DNA of 64,000 bases, from positions 15,399-79,398 of IMG/VR virus record IMGVR_UViG_2865859272_000007; one strand, given 5' to 3'. The stretch's first letter is position 1, and the number at the start of each line of letters is the position of its first letter. Below, piece by piece: positions 50,594-58,812 of the stretch. The translations under genes were made by a program, and so were the position numbers. Source of the stretch: a virus. Taxonomy: Duplodnaviria > Caudoviricetes. Below the pieces are notes generated by a model. The model was not told the DNA's origin and did no database searches. It saw only the letters and a list, made by a program, of their open reading frames with translations.

Positions 50594-51145
50594 ATGGCGT
50601 GGACCGCGCCGACCACCTTTGTCGACGGTCAGGTGCTCACCGCCGCACAGCTCAATACGTATCTGCGTGACAACCTGATGGCCACGGAAACGGCTGTAGC
50701 CAGAACCCCGGGCAGCTTTCTGGTCGCGAGGGCGCTTTCGCAGATCGTTGAGCGCAAGCCGGTCATTTCGCGGGTGGCCGCGGCCGAAACGACCGAGAGC
50801 TTCCAGTTCACCGACCTGAACACACCGGGCCCGCAGGTGACCGTAGAGACAGGCCCGTCGGCGATCGTTTTCCTCTACTGCGGCTCCAATAGCGATACCC
50901 CCGGAATCGCGTCAACCATGGCGTACGAGATCGAGGGACGAAACAGAGTCACGACAGGCTCCGTTCCGACAGGCGCCGTCGAGTTCCGCACCTCCGGAGG
51001 GGCAGGCTTCACGCGGCACGGCGGAGCCGTATCGATGATGAATGACCTCACTCCCGGCGAGAACACCTTCACCGCCAAATACAAGACCAGCGGTTCGGGG
51101 ACCAGTACCTTCCGTGACCGCGTGATGATCGTGTTCCCGCTGTAA
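50594..51145 (+). CDS. Short tail fibre/RBP-like paralog 7 of 7
   Basis: RBS GGGAGG; same motifs. Confidence 0.85.
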   Translation: MAWTAPTTFVDGQVLTAAQLNTYLRDNLMATETAVARTPGSFLVARALSQIVERKPVISRVAAAETTESFQFTDLNTPGPQVTVETGPSAIVFLYCGSNSDTPGIASTMAYEIEGRNRVTTGSVPTGAVEFRTSGGAGFTRHGGAVSMMNDLTPGENTFTAKYKTSGSGTSTFRDRVMIVFPL

Positions 51146-51158
51146 CGGGAGGTTGGCC

Positions 51159-51353
51159 ATGAACAACGAGGTGGAAGTCGCCTCCCGACTGGCCCGTATC
51201 GAAGCCCGGCTGGACGAGCTGGTGCGACTGAATCAGAGTCGCGGCGAAGACCACGAACAGCGCATCAGGACGCTCGAAAGATGGCGCTACGCCATTCCAC
51301 CCACCGTCGTCGCGGCGGTCATCTCCGCCCTTGTGGCCATATTCGGAAAGTGA
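51159..51353 (+). CDS. Small coiled-coil plus single-TM lysis-region protein
   Basis: RLARIEARLD, DHEQRIRTLERW, C-terminal hydrophobic helix. Confidence 0.75.
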   Translation: MNNEVEVASRLARIEARLDELVRLNQSRGEDHEQRIRTLERWRYAIPPTVVAAVISALVAIFGK

Positions 51354-51359
51354 GAGCCG

Positions 51360-53321
51360 GTGAACCTCTTCACCCAAAAGCAGGTAGAAGATCTCTGTGT
51401 CCACGTCGGTTTCTCCCGCTCGGATGCCCGCATCGCTTCTGCTATCGCGATGGTCGAGGCTCCGGCCGAAGGCAGGCCCGGCTTCTGCGACGCCGACGCC
51501 GTCGGAGACCAGGAGCTGGCCAACTCCACGTGGGGCTACAGCTACGGCTTCTTCCAGATCCGCTCCCTGCGGGCCCACAAGGGCACCGGCCAGTACCGGG
51601 ACGAGGACCGCCTCCGCAATCCCGACTTCGCATGCCGGTCGGCGCTGCACATCTTCCAGAACGCAGGCGGGGGTACGTTCAACGACTGGACGACCTACCG
51701 GACCGGTCAGTACAAGGCATACCTCCAGGACGAGTTTCCGCCCGACCCCGGCACGTATGTCGTCGTCTCCGGCGACACCCTCACCAAGATCGGCCTCAAG
51801 GTCGGTGTCGAGTGGCAGGAGATCGCCCGCCTGAACAACCTGCACCACCCGTACACCATCAACATCGGCCAGGTGCTCCGGCTCCCCGACGGCGCGGGAC
51901 TGCCTCCTGAGCCGGTGCAGTACACCGTCGCCGCCGGCGACACCCTGTGGGCGATCGGGAAGCGCTTCGGCATCCCGTGGGAGCACATCGCCCGAGCCAA
52001 CGGCATCGTCGGGCCGTACGTCATCCACCCCGGAGACGTTCTCGACATTCCCGGAACCCAGGGCGACCCTGCCCCCGAGCCCGAGCCTGAGCCCGAGCCT
52101 GAGCCCGTCGAGATCAACCTGTCGAACCTGACCTTCAACGCCCGCAACGACGACGTCGCCCTGCTCCAGCAGGCCCTCACAGATGCCGGCCACGACCCCG
52201 GCCCCGTCGACGGCTGGTACTACAACATGACCCGGGCCGCGATCAGGGCCTTCGAGGAAGCGGAGGGCCTGATCGCCGATGGGCTTGCCGACCGCGCGGT
52301 GTGCGAACGACTGGGCTTCGCCGTCACCGGCGAGGACCCCCCTGTTCCTCCGCCGAGCTCGGGCGCGGTGTCGGCCGACAGCATCCGGGCCGCGGCCACC
52401 GGCGGCACCCGCATATCCGGCACCTACTCGCACAGCAGCATGGCCAACCCGGTGTCTGTGTACCGCAAGGGCGACGCCGTCTACTTCCACGCCGGCATGA
52501 CCATCGACTGCGACGGCCGGCCCGGCTCCATCTGCAACAGCACCACCGACCCGTGGTTCCAGCCGCAGACCGCTTGGCAGCAGTCCGACGGCCGGCACCT
52601 GGACGCCGCGGACCTGCCGTTCATCGTGATCCCGCTCGCGTCGTCGACCTGGGACTACCGGCAGCACGGTATCGGCGGCGGGGATTTGTGCGTCGTCGCT
52701 TACCGGGACCGCTTTTTGTATGCGGTCGTCGGCGACCTCGGACCCACGTACCGGATCGGCGAGGCGTCCAACGCCTGTGCCCGCGCCCTCGGCATCAACG
52801 GCGACCCGCGTGTCGGCGGCACCGGCAGCGGCGTGACGTACGTGGTGTTCCCCGGCGTGAAGGTCCGGCCCATCGAGTCGAAGGCCGAGGCGTCCCGCCT
52901 GGGCGCCCAGAAGCTGACCGAGTGGCTGGGGATCGGGACGTCGCCGGCGCCGTCCTTCGAGGGTGAGGTGCTGCGCCTCACGAATGTCGAGCGGCAGGCC
53001 GGCGGGCTCCGGCCGCTGTCCGCTGATACGCGACTGGACCGCGCCGCGGAGAAGCATTCCGCCCGCATGTCCGACGGCCTGGGCCTGGTCCACAGCGATC
53101 TGGCGGCAGCGCTTCGAGCGGAGGGCGTCAGCTTCCGGTCCGCGGCCGAGAACATCGCTGTCGGATACCGCACCCCGCAGGCCGTGGTCGCTGCGTGGAT
53201 GAACTCGCCTGGTCACCGCGACAACATCATGAGCCCCGGCCTCACGCACCTGGGCGTCGGCCACGTACAGGCGTCGGACGGCCAGCACTGGTGGACCCAG
53301 ATGTTCGCCTCCATGGCATGA
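51360..53321 (+). CDS. Multidomain hydrolase: SLT-like, 2 LysM, PG-binding, GH75 chitosanase-like, CAP domain
   Basis: AIAMVE..YGFFQI; GDTL LysM twice; IDCDG, LDA..LPFIV, GDLGP..GEAS (GH75); VLRLTN.ER, AENIA.G, WMNSPGHR.NI (CAP). Confidence 0.88.
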   Translation: MNLFTQKQVEDLCVHVGFSRSDARIASAIAMVEAPAEGRPGFCDADAVGDQELANSTWGYSYGFFQIRSLRAHKGTGQYRDEDRLRNPDFACRSALHIFQNAGGGTFNDWTTYRTGQYKAYLQDEFPPDPGTYVVVSGDTLTKIGLKVGVEWQEIARLNNLHHPYTINIGQVLRLPDGAGLPPEPVQYTVAAGDTLWAIGKRFGIPWEHIARANGIVGPYVIHPGDVLDIPGTQGDPAPEPEPEPEPEPVEINLSNLTFNARNDDVALLQQALTDAGHDPGPVDGWYYNMTRAAIRAFEEAEGLIADGLADRAVCERLGFAVTGEDPPVPPPSSGAVSADSIRAAATGGTRISGTYSHSSMANPVSVYRKGDAVYFHAGMTIDCDGRPGSICNSTTDPWFQPQTAWQQSDGRHLDAADLPFIVIPLASSTWDYRQHGIGGGDLCVVAYRDRFLYAVVGDLGPTYRIGEASNACARALGINGDPRVGGTGSGVTYVVFPGVKVRPIESKAEASRLGAQKLTEWLGIGTSPAPSFEGEVLRLTNVERQAGGLRPLSADTRLDRAAEKHSARMSDGLGLVHSDLAAALRAEGVSFRSAAENIAVGYRTPQAVVAAWMNSPGHRDNIMSPGLTHLGVGHVQASDGQHWWTQMFASMA

Positions 53322-53355
53322 CACGCGAAGACAACTGAATAGCTGGAGGCTCGAA

Positions 53356-54981
53356 TTGGCCACGCAAGCAGAACTGGACCGGGCCGCAGCATGGGCGCGC
53401 GCCCAGGTCGGTAAGCCGTATGTGCTCGGGTCGTTCGGGTCGTCGTTCGACTGCTCGACTTATATGTCCGGCATCGCAACGATGATCCGCGACGGTGTCG
53501 CGAAGCGGTGGTTCACCACCCACCCGTTCCACTCGGGTGCCCGTTTTCCGCTCGCCGGCTGGGAGCGCGACCTCCAGGCCCCGTTCATGATCGGCATCAC
53601 GGCCGATGGGATCGGCCACACCGGCGGCACCCTGCTGGGCGTCAACTACGAAGCAACCGCCGCCGATGGCCGCCGGGTTCGCATGGGCCCCACGGCCCGC
53701 GGGGCTTTCCACTCGATGTACGAGCTCCGCTACGGCTTCCGCCCCTCGCTTCTCGAAGGGGCGCCGCTGCCTCCGGGAGGGGGAGAGAACGTGACCACCT
53801 ACACGATCAAGCCCGGCGACACCCTCTACGGAATCGGCGAGCGGTTCGAGGTCGACTGGCGCGACATCGCCGAAGCCAACAACATCGACTCGCCCTACAT
53901 CATTCACCCCGGCCGCGACCTGGAGATACCGGGCGCCGACAACCGGCCTGTGGTCCGCCTCTCCAACCTGACCTTCAACGCCCGCAACGACGACGTCCGC
54001 GTCCGTCAGGAGGCGTTGAACGCCAAGGGGTACAACGCGGGCCCGGTCGACGGCTGGTACTACAACATGACCAAGGCGGCCGTGCAGCGGTTCCAGGAGG
54101 CCCAGGGCTGGACCGGTCCTGACGCTGACGGCATGGTCGGCCTGGAAACGGTTGCCCGCCTCGGGCTGCGCGTGGAGGGCGGCAGCGTCCCCACCCCGGC
54201 GCCGGCACCGCCGCCGGCCCCGTCGCCGAAGACGGTGAACCTGGCGAACCTCGCCTTCAACGCCCGCAACGACGACGTCAAGATCGTCCAGCAGGCGCTG
54301 AAGGACAAGGGCTACGACCCGGGTGTCGTCGACGGCTGGTACTACAACATGACCCGCGGTGCGGTGCGTGCGTTCCAGGAGGCCCAGGGCTGGGACGGCG
54401 ACGACGCTGACGGCATGGTCGGCCCCGAGACGGCCCGCCGGCTCGGCCTCAACCCCGTCGGCACCCCGCCGGTCGCCCCCGCTCCGACGCCCGTCCCATC
54501 GCCTTCGGGTTGGCGTGCGGCTTCGGAGCCGACGCACGACTACACGCGGGTGTCATGGGGCGGCAAGACGGTCAACCGCCGCACTGCGATCATGCTGGAC
54601 CGGGCCATCGCGATTCTCCGCGCGGAGGGTGGCCCCACCTTCAGTTACCTCACGCAGGGCTCTTACAACCGAGGCGTCTCGGCTTCTGCCGGCACGCATG
54701 ACGGCGGCGGTGTCGTAGATATCCCGTCGTCCAGCAGTGCGGTTGCTCTGGCGCTGCGCAAGGCAGGCTTCTTCGCCTGGGTGCGCACTCCGGCGCAGGG
54801 CTTCTCCTACCACATCCACGCGGTGGCGATCGGTGACCGGGAGCTGTCGTCCTCCGCTCGTGGCCAGGTCACGCAGGGCTTCCAGGACCGCAACGGCTTG
54901 GCCGGCCGCGGGCCTGACCCGGACCCGGATCCCTACCCGGACTGGACGAAGCGGTACGGCACACACGTGAGCCCGGACTGA
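53356..54981 (+). CDS. Multidomain endolysin: NlpC/P60-like, LysM, 2 PG-binding, M15-like peptidase
   Basis: GKPYV..FDCS..HTG; LysM; two copies of NARNDDV..DGWYYNMT; TQGSY..SAGTHDGGG.VD, HIH. Confidence 0.85.
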   Translation: MATQAELDRAAAWARAQVGKPYVLGSFGSSFDCSTYMSGIATMIRDGVAKRWFTTHPFHSGARFPLAGWERDLQAPFMIGITADGIGHTGGTLLGVNYEATAADGRRVRMGPTARGAFHSMYELRYGFRPSLLEGAPLPPGGGENVTTYTIKPGDTLYGIGERFEVDWRDIAEANNIDSPYIIHPGRDLEIPGADNRPVVRLSNLTFNARNDDVRVRQEALNAKGYNAGPVDGWYYNMTKAAVQRFQEAQGWTGPDADGMVGLETVARLGLRVEGGSVPTPAPAPPPAPSPKTVNLANLAFNARNDDVKIVQQALKDKGYDPGVVDGWYYNMTRGAVRAFQEAQGWDGDDADGMVGPETARRLGLNPVGTPPVAPAPTPVPSPSGWRAASEPTHDYTRVSWGGKTVNRRTAIMLDRAIAILRAEGGPTFSYLTQGSYNRGVSASAGTHDGGGVVDIPSSSSAVALALRKAGFFAWVRTPAQGFSYHIHAVAIGDRELSSSARGQVTQGFQDRNGLAGRGPDPDPDPYPDWTKRYGTHVSPD

Positions 54982-55718
54982 TGACCGCGATCCGGGATGT
55001 GCAGATCGCCCTCCTGGCGGCCGAGGCCGGCATCCCGGACGAGGAGCTGGCCACGGCCGTGGCGATCTGCCTGGGCGAATCCTCCGGTCAGCCTCGCGCC
55101 TACAACGGGCACGGAGGCGACCACAGTTTCGGGCTCTGGCAGATCAACATGCGGGGACGGATGGGCCCTGCTCGCCGCGCCCAGTACGGCATCTCGTCGA
55201 ACGAAGCCCTCTTCGATCCGGTGGTCAACGCCAAGGCCATGGCGCGCCTGTCCTCGGGCGGCCGGAACTGGAAGCCGTGGGGCGCCTACACCAAGGGCGG
55301 CTACCGCAACAAGGGCCGCCTAGAGCGGGCGGAGGAGGCCGTACACCGGCTGCGCTCCGGCGAGGCGGTCGAGCCACCGATCGAAGCGCCGGCATGGCAT
55401 CCGACGGTCAACGCCGCACACATCTACCCGGGAGGCCGCGGCCATTCGGTGTACGTCTTGCAGCGCGCCCTGGCCGCGATGTTCCCCGACTACCGAGTCC
55501 TGAGCTACCCCGACCGGCGGGGTGTGATGGACGAGGAGTCCGTGGCCTTCCTGAACCGGTGGATGGCCTCCGGGCCCGGCGGATCGTGGCCGGCGACCGG
55601 CTACGCGAACCTCGACACGCTCTCGCGGCTGGGCTACAAGGTGCCGCCGTCGCTGGAGTTCAAGGCGACCTGTGACCACGTTGACGCCGATGAGATGCAC
55701 TTCTACGGAGGCTCCTGA
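54981..55718 (+). CDS. SLT-like transglycosylase with a PG-binding-like C-terminus
   Basis: AICLGESSG, SFGLWQIN, LFDPVVNA, WKPWGAY. Confidence 0.85.
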   Translation: MTAIRDVQIALLAAEAGIPDEELATAVAICLGESSGQPRAYNGHGGDHSFGLWQINMRGRMGPARRAQYGISSNEALFDPVVNAKAMARLSSGGRNWKPWGAYTKGGYRNKGRLERAEEAVHRLRSGEAVEPPIEAPAWHPTVNAAHIYPGGRGHSVYVLQRALAAMFPDYRVLSYPDRRGVMDEESVAFLNRWMASGPGGSWPATGYANLDTLSRLGYKVPPSLEFKATCDHVDADEMHFYGGS

Positions 55719-55719
55719 A

Positions 55720-56997
55720 GTGGCAGTAACGGTTCTGCATCTGCACTGCGACCCGGCAGGCCGGGCGGTGCTTCACCTTCATTCGGACACCTACTTCAAA
55801 GCCCAGACGGTGGGCGTCGCCGTGCGTAGCAGCACCGGGCAGAACCTCGACTACCCGGGGAACGTGTCGAGCGTCAACGTCGGCCCCGACGGCTACATCT
55901 ACATATCGGACCCCCGCACCCCGTTGCCGAACGGCACGTATACGGTGTTCGGCTTCTACCGCCTGGGCGGCGTCTGGCACAACCTTCCCTCGCAGCAGCT
56001 CGTGGTGCCGCCACCGCCGCCCGCGGAGGGCACCTATGTGGTGCAGCGCGGCGACACGCTGTGGGGGATCGGCCAGCAGCTCGGCGTGCCGTGGGAGGAC
56101 ATCGCCGCCACGAACGGCATCGAGGAGCCGTACACGATCTACCCGGGTCAAGTCCTCGTCATCCCCGACAGCCAACCGGCACCCGACCCCGAGCCTGACC
56201 CGGATCCTCCACCGCCGGACCCCGAACCCGATCCTGAGCCGGGCGGGGACACGACTACGGTTCCGGGCAAGATGGTCGTCTTCTCCGGGGACAACTTCCT
56301 GGACGGCGGCAAGTGGAACATCGGCCGCAGCTCCGCCTACCCCGGCGGCGGACCCGGACAGACCAACTACGGCGACAACAAAGCTGATTACATCCATCCG
56401 ACCAACGCTCCCAGCCTCGTCCACGACGCGGACCTGGGCAGGCTGGTGTGGCGCTTCCGTGCGACCAGGAGGGGGCCGGACGCCTGGGATACGCCGCTGG
56501 CGACGACCGAGTACGTCCCGGGCGGCGGCGGGTTCGAGATCCGGCCCGGCGACACCATGACCGCCAAGCTGAAGCTTCCCGCTGAGCGGGGAGCGTGGCC
56601 CGCGTATTGGACGTGGGGCCGCGACAACCCTCCCGGGTATGGCGGGGTGCAGCCGGGGCACGGCGAAGTCGACATGTTCGAGTACCACCCGAACAATCCG
56701 GATCTGCTGGAGCTCAGCAACCGGGTCAGCGGCGGCGGCCACTACTACCGGAACAGTCAGGTGGTGCAGCCCGGACGCTGGATCGACATGCGCGTGGATT
56801 TCGGCACGGACGGCGTCGTCTGGCGCATCGACGGCCAGCACGTCTTCACCGCCAACGGGCTACCGAGCTACTGGCGAGCCTGGCCGATTGTGAACCTGTC
56901 GATTGTCTCGGCCGCGAACCCCTGGCATCCCGAACCGCTGTCGAGCGTCAACACGATCGACTTCTACGTAGCCGATTTCAAGGTGTGGCGCCCGTGA
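55720..56997 (+). CDS. LysM-containing GH16 glycoside hydrolase
   Basis: LysM YVVQRGDTLW; GAWPAYW and catalytic EVDMFE (ExDxxE). Confidence 0.85.
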   Translation: MAVTVLHLHCDPAGRAVLHLHSDTYFKAQTVGVAVRSSTGQNLDYPGNVSSVNVGPDGYIYISDPRTPLPNGTYTVFGFYRLGGVWHNLPSQQLVVPPPPPAEGTYVVQRGDTLWGIGQQLGVPWEDIAATNGIEEPYTIYPGQVLVIPDSQPAPDPEPDPDPPPPDPEPDPEPGGDTTTVPGKMVVFSGDNFLDGGKWNIGRSSAYPGGGPGQTNYGDNKADYIHPTNAPSLVHDADLGRLVWRFRATRRGPDAWDTPLATTEYVPGGGGFEIRPGDTMTAKLKLPAERGAWPAYWTWGRDNPPGYGGVQPGHGEVDMFEYHPNNPDLLELSNRVSGGGHYYRNSQVVQPGRWIDMRVDFGTDGVVWRIDGQHVFTANGLPSYWRAWPIVNLSIVSAANPWHPEPLSSVNTIDFYVADFKVWRP

Positions 56998-57012
56998 ACA
57001 GGAAGGCGAGTC

Positions 57013-57375
57013 ATGTCTGAAGGCAAGTTCCGGCGGGCCACGCACGTGGTCTCCTCGGGTGAGAACCTCGTAGAGATCGGCGCCATGTACGGGGTGTCGT
57101 GGCGCGACATGGCGGTGGACAACGAGCTCGACAACCGGGACCTGATCCACCCCGGGCAGGTGCTCAAGCTGCCCTACTGCGAGTACACGGTTGTCGAGGG
57201 CGACACCCTCACGGGCATTCACGAGGCGTATGTCGCGAAGCGTGCGGCGGGATGCCCGGGATGCCATGACGCTGGCCCGTACGGGGCTTCCCTGCGCGAC
57301 GTTGCGCGGTACAACCAGATCGACAACCCTGACCTGATTCACCCCGGGCAGGTTGTCAAGCTGCCCTTGCGGTGA
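57013..57375 (+). CDS. LysM-only protein (two LysM)
   Basis: HVVSSGENL..LIHPGQVLKLP; YTVVEGDTL..LIHPGQVVKLP. Confidence 0.85.
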   Translation: MSEGKFRRATHVVSSGENLVEIGAMYGVSWRDMAVDNELDNRDLIHPGQVLKLPYCEYTVVEGDTLTGIHEAYVAKRAAGCPGCHDAGPYGASLRDVARYNQIDNPDLIHPGQVVKLPLR

Positions 57376-57381
57376 TCGGGC

Positions 57382-57771
57382 ATGGGACGCGCGTCTTCCC
57401 CCGTGCCCGGCTACAAGGTCACCTACCCGTACGGGGTGCGTAACGCCCGCTACGCGGCTGGCTTCCACACTGGCCACGACTACGCCGCCCCTACCGGCAC
57501 CCCGGTGGTCGCCGTTCGCGATGGCGTCATCGCCTGGTCGAACAGCGGCGGAGGGGCGTACGGCCAGTGGATAGGGCTGCGTGCCGACAACGGCCGCGAT
57601 TACGTCTACTGCCACTTGTCCGCCCGGAGCGTCCGCACTGGCCAGAGGGTCAAGGCCGGCCAGAGGCTTGGCGCGGTGGGTGCCACTGGCAGGGTTACGG
57701 GCCCGCATCTGCATTTTGAAGATCGTCCGCGTGGCGGTGGCTACGGCAACGTCCGCAGGCCCTCTTGGTGA
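57382..57771 (+). CDS. M23 family peptidase (catalytic domain only)
   Basis: HTGHD, GTPVVAV.DG, YCHL, TGPHLHFE. Confidence 0.92.
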   Translation: MGRASSPVPGYKVTYPYGVRNARYAAGFHTGHDYAAPTGTPVVAVRDGVIAWSNSGGGAYGQWIGLRADNGRDYVYCHLSARSVRTGQRVKAGQRLGAVGATGRVTGPHLHFEDRPRGGGYGNVRRPSW

Positions 57772-57781
57772 AGGAGAAACG

Positions 57782-57997
57782 ATGAAGGATTCCACACGGA
57801 GGACCGTGCGTACGGTCTTCCAGAACGCTGTCGCTGTGGCGGCCGGTATGCCGCTCCTGCTGGACGCTGCCGGCATCGATGAGACGGTGCCCGGTGTTGC
57901 CGTCGTTCTCGGTGTGTCGGCCGCGGTGACGCGCCTGATGGCGCTGCCGCTCGTCGACTCCCTTCTCCCCGCGTTCCTCCGCAAGGGCGACGCCTGA
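57782..57997 (+). CDS. Holin
   Basis: RRTVRTVFQ followed by hydrophobic helices and VTRLMALP; last gene of the lysis module. Confidence 0.75.
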   Translation: MKDSTRRTVRTVFQNAVAVAAGMPLLLDAAGIDETVPGVAVVLGVSAAVTRLMALPLVDSLLPAFLRKGDA

Positions 57998-58046
57998 CCT
58001 GGAGGTGATCCCCGGTCTCGCGCCGGGTAGCGCCCGGCAAAACTGT

Positions 58047-58091
58047 GCCCCCACCCCCTCCGCTCCGGCGGTCGGGGTGGGGGCCTTTTTT
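58047..58091 (+). terminator. Intrinsic terminator of the late operon
   Basis: GCCCCCACCCC/GGGGTGGGGGC stem followed by TTTTTT. Confidence 0.85.
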
Positions 58092-58104
58092 GCGTTCGGG
58101 TCCG

Positions 58105-58524
58105 CTACCGGAGCCCTTCTGGGCAGGGATGCTCGGGCCTCCAGAAGTTCGGGCAGGCAATGAGGTGGATGGCGTAGAAGGTGGAGCCGCCGTTCCCCCA
58201 CCAGCCGCCGACGACGTCGCGTTCCATCTCCAGGGCTTCGCGGGCCGCGGCCAGCCGGGAGTCGAGCACACCGGGTTCCTTGATGTGCTTCTCGTCGAAG
58301 CGGTCGAGGTGCTGCCGAACAGTTGCCGAGTACCACTCCAGAGCCGGGCCCGTGTCCTTGAACGTGCCCTTGATCATCTTCCTTGGCTTGAGGAGCCAGT
58401 TAGCAGGCTCGATGGGAGCCACAGAGGTCGACCCGAATCCTGTGCCCAGCGGGCGTCTCTGCGAGTCGTTGCCGTACTCGGATCCGGAGCCGACCCACAC
58501 GTATCCGTGGTGGTGAACTGCCAT
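58105..58524 (-). CDS. Hypothetical Streptomyces-type protein
   Basis: RBS GAAGG; protein-like ORF with C-terminal CPN..P.HPCP. Confidence 0.7.
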   Translation of the reverse strand: MAVHHHGYVWVGSGSEYGNDSQRRPLGTGFGSTSVAPIEPANWLLKPRKMIKGTFKDTGPALEWYSATVRQHLDRFDEKHIKEPGVLDSRLAAAREALEMERDVVGGWWGNGGSTFYAIHLIACPNFWRPEHPCPEGLR

Positions 58525-58612
58525 GCACCCCAACCTTCTTCAACCGGCAGGGGCGGCCCCTCGTCGAGCGAAGAGCCGCCCCTGGTCTCACGTGTGAGCG
58601 GAGCCTACCGTG

Positions 58613-58732
58613 CTACTTGCGTCCGCAGCCGTCGCCGTCGCCGCAGCCGCCTGACGGGTTGCCGCCCTTCCCGTCGTCCTCGTCGCCGCCCATCAGGGTG
58701 GACGTCTTGCGCAGTGCTTCCTTGAGGTTCAT
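58613..58732 (-). CDS. 39-aa Gly/Asp/Cys-rich peptide
   Basis: Manual translation MNLKEALRKTSTLMGGDEDDGKGGNPSGGCGDGDGCGRK; RBS GAGAGAGG. Confidence 0.6.
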   Translation of the reverse strand: MNLKEALRKTSTLMGGDEDDGKGGNPSGGCGDGDGCGRK

Positions 58733-58812
58733 GGGCTTCTGCCTCTCTCAAAGGGTCCCGGCTGGGGACTTCCCCCGGACCGGTAGTGCACTTGCCAAGC
58801 CGGGATGTCCCG

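Noticed and set aside
47279-51145. Diversity-generating retroelement or shufflon explanation for the RBP array
   Set aside because: No reverse transcriptase or adenine-specific TR/VR pair is seen; all copies are co-oriented and full length, with no inverted crossover sites
52074-56240. (CCCGAG/CCTGAG)n microsatellite-like runs at about 52074 and 56175
   Set aside because: They encode ordinary Pro-Glu/Pro-Asp interdomain linkers
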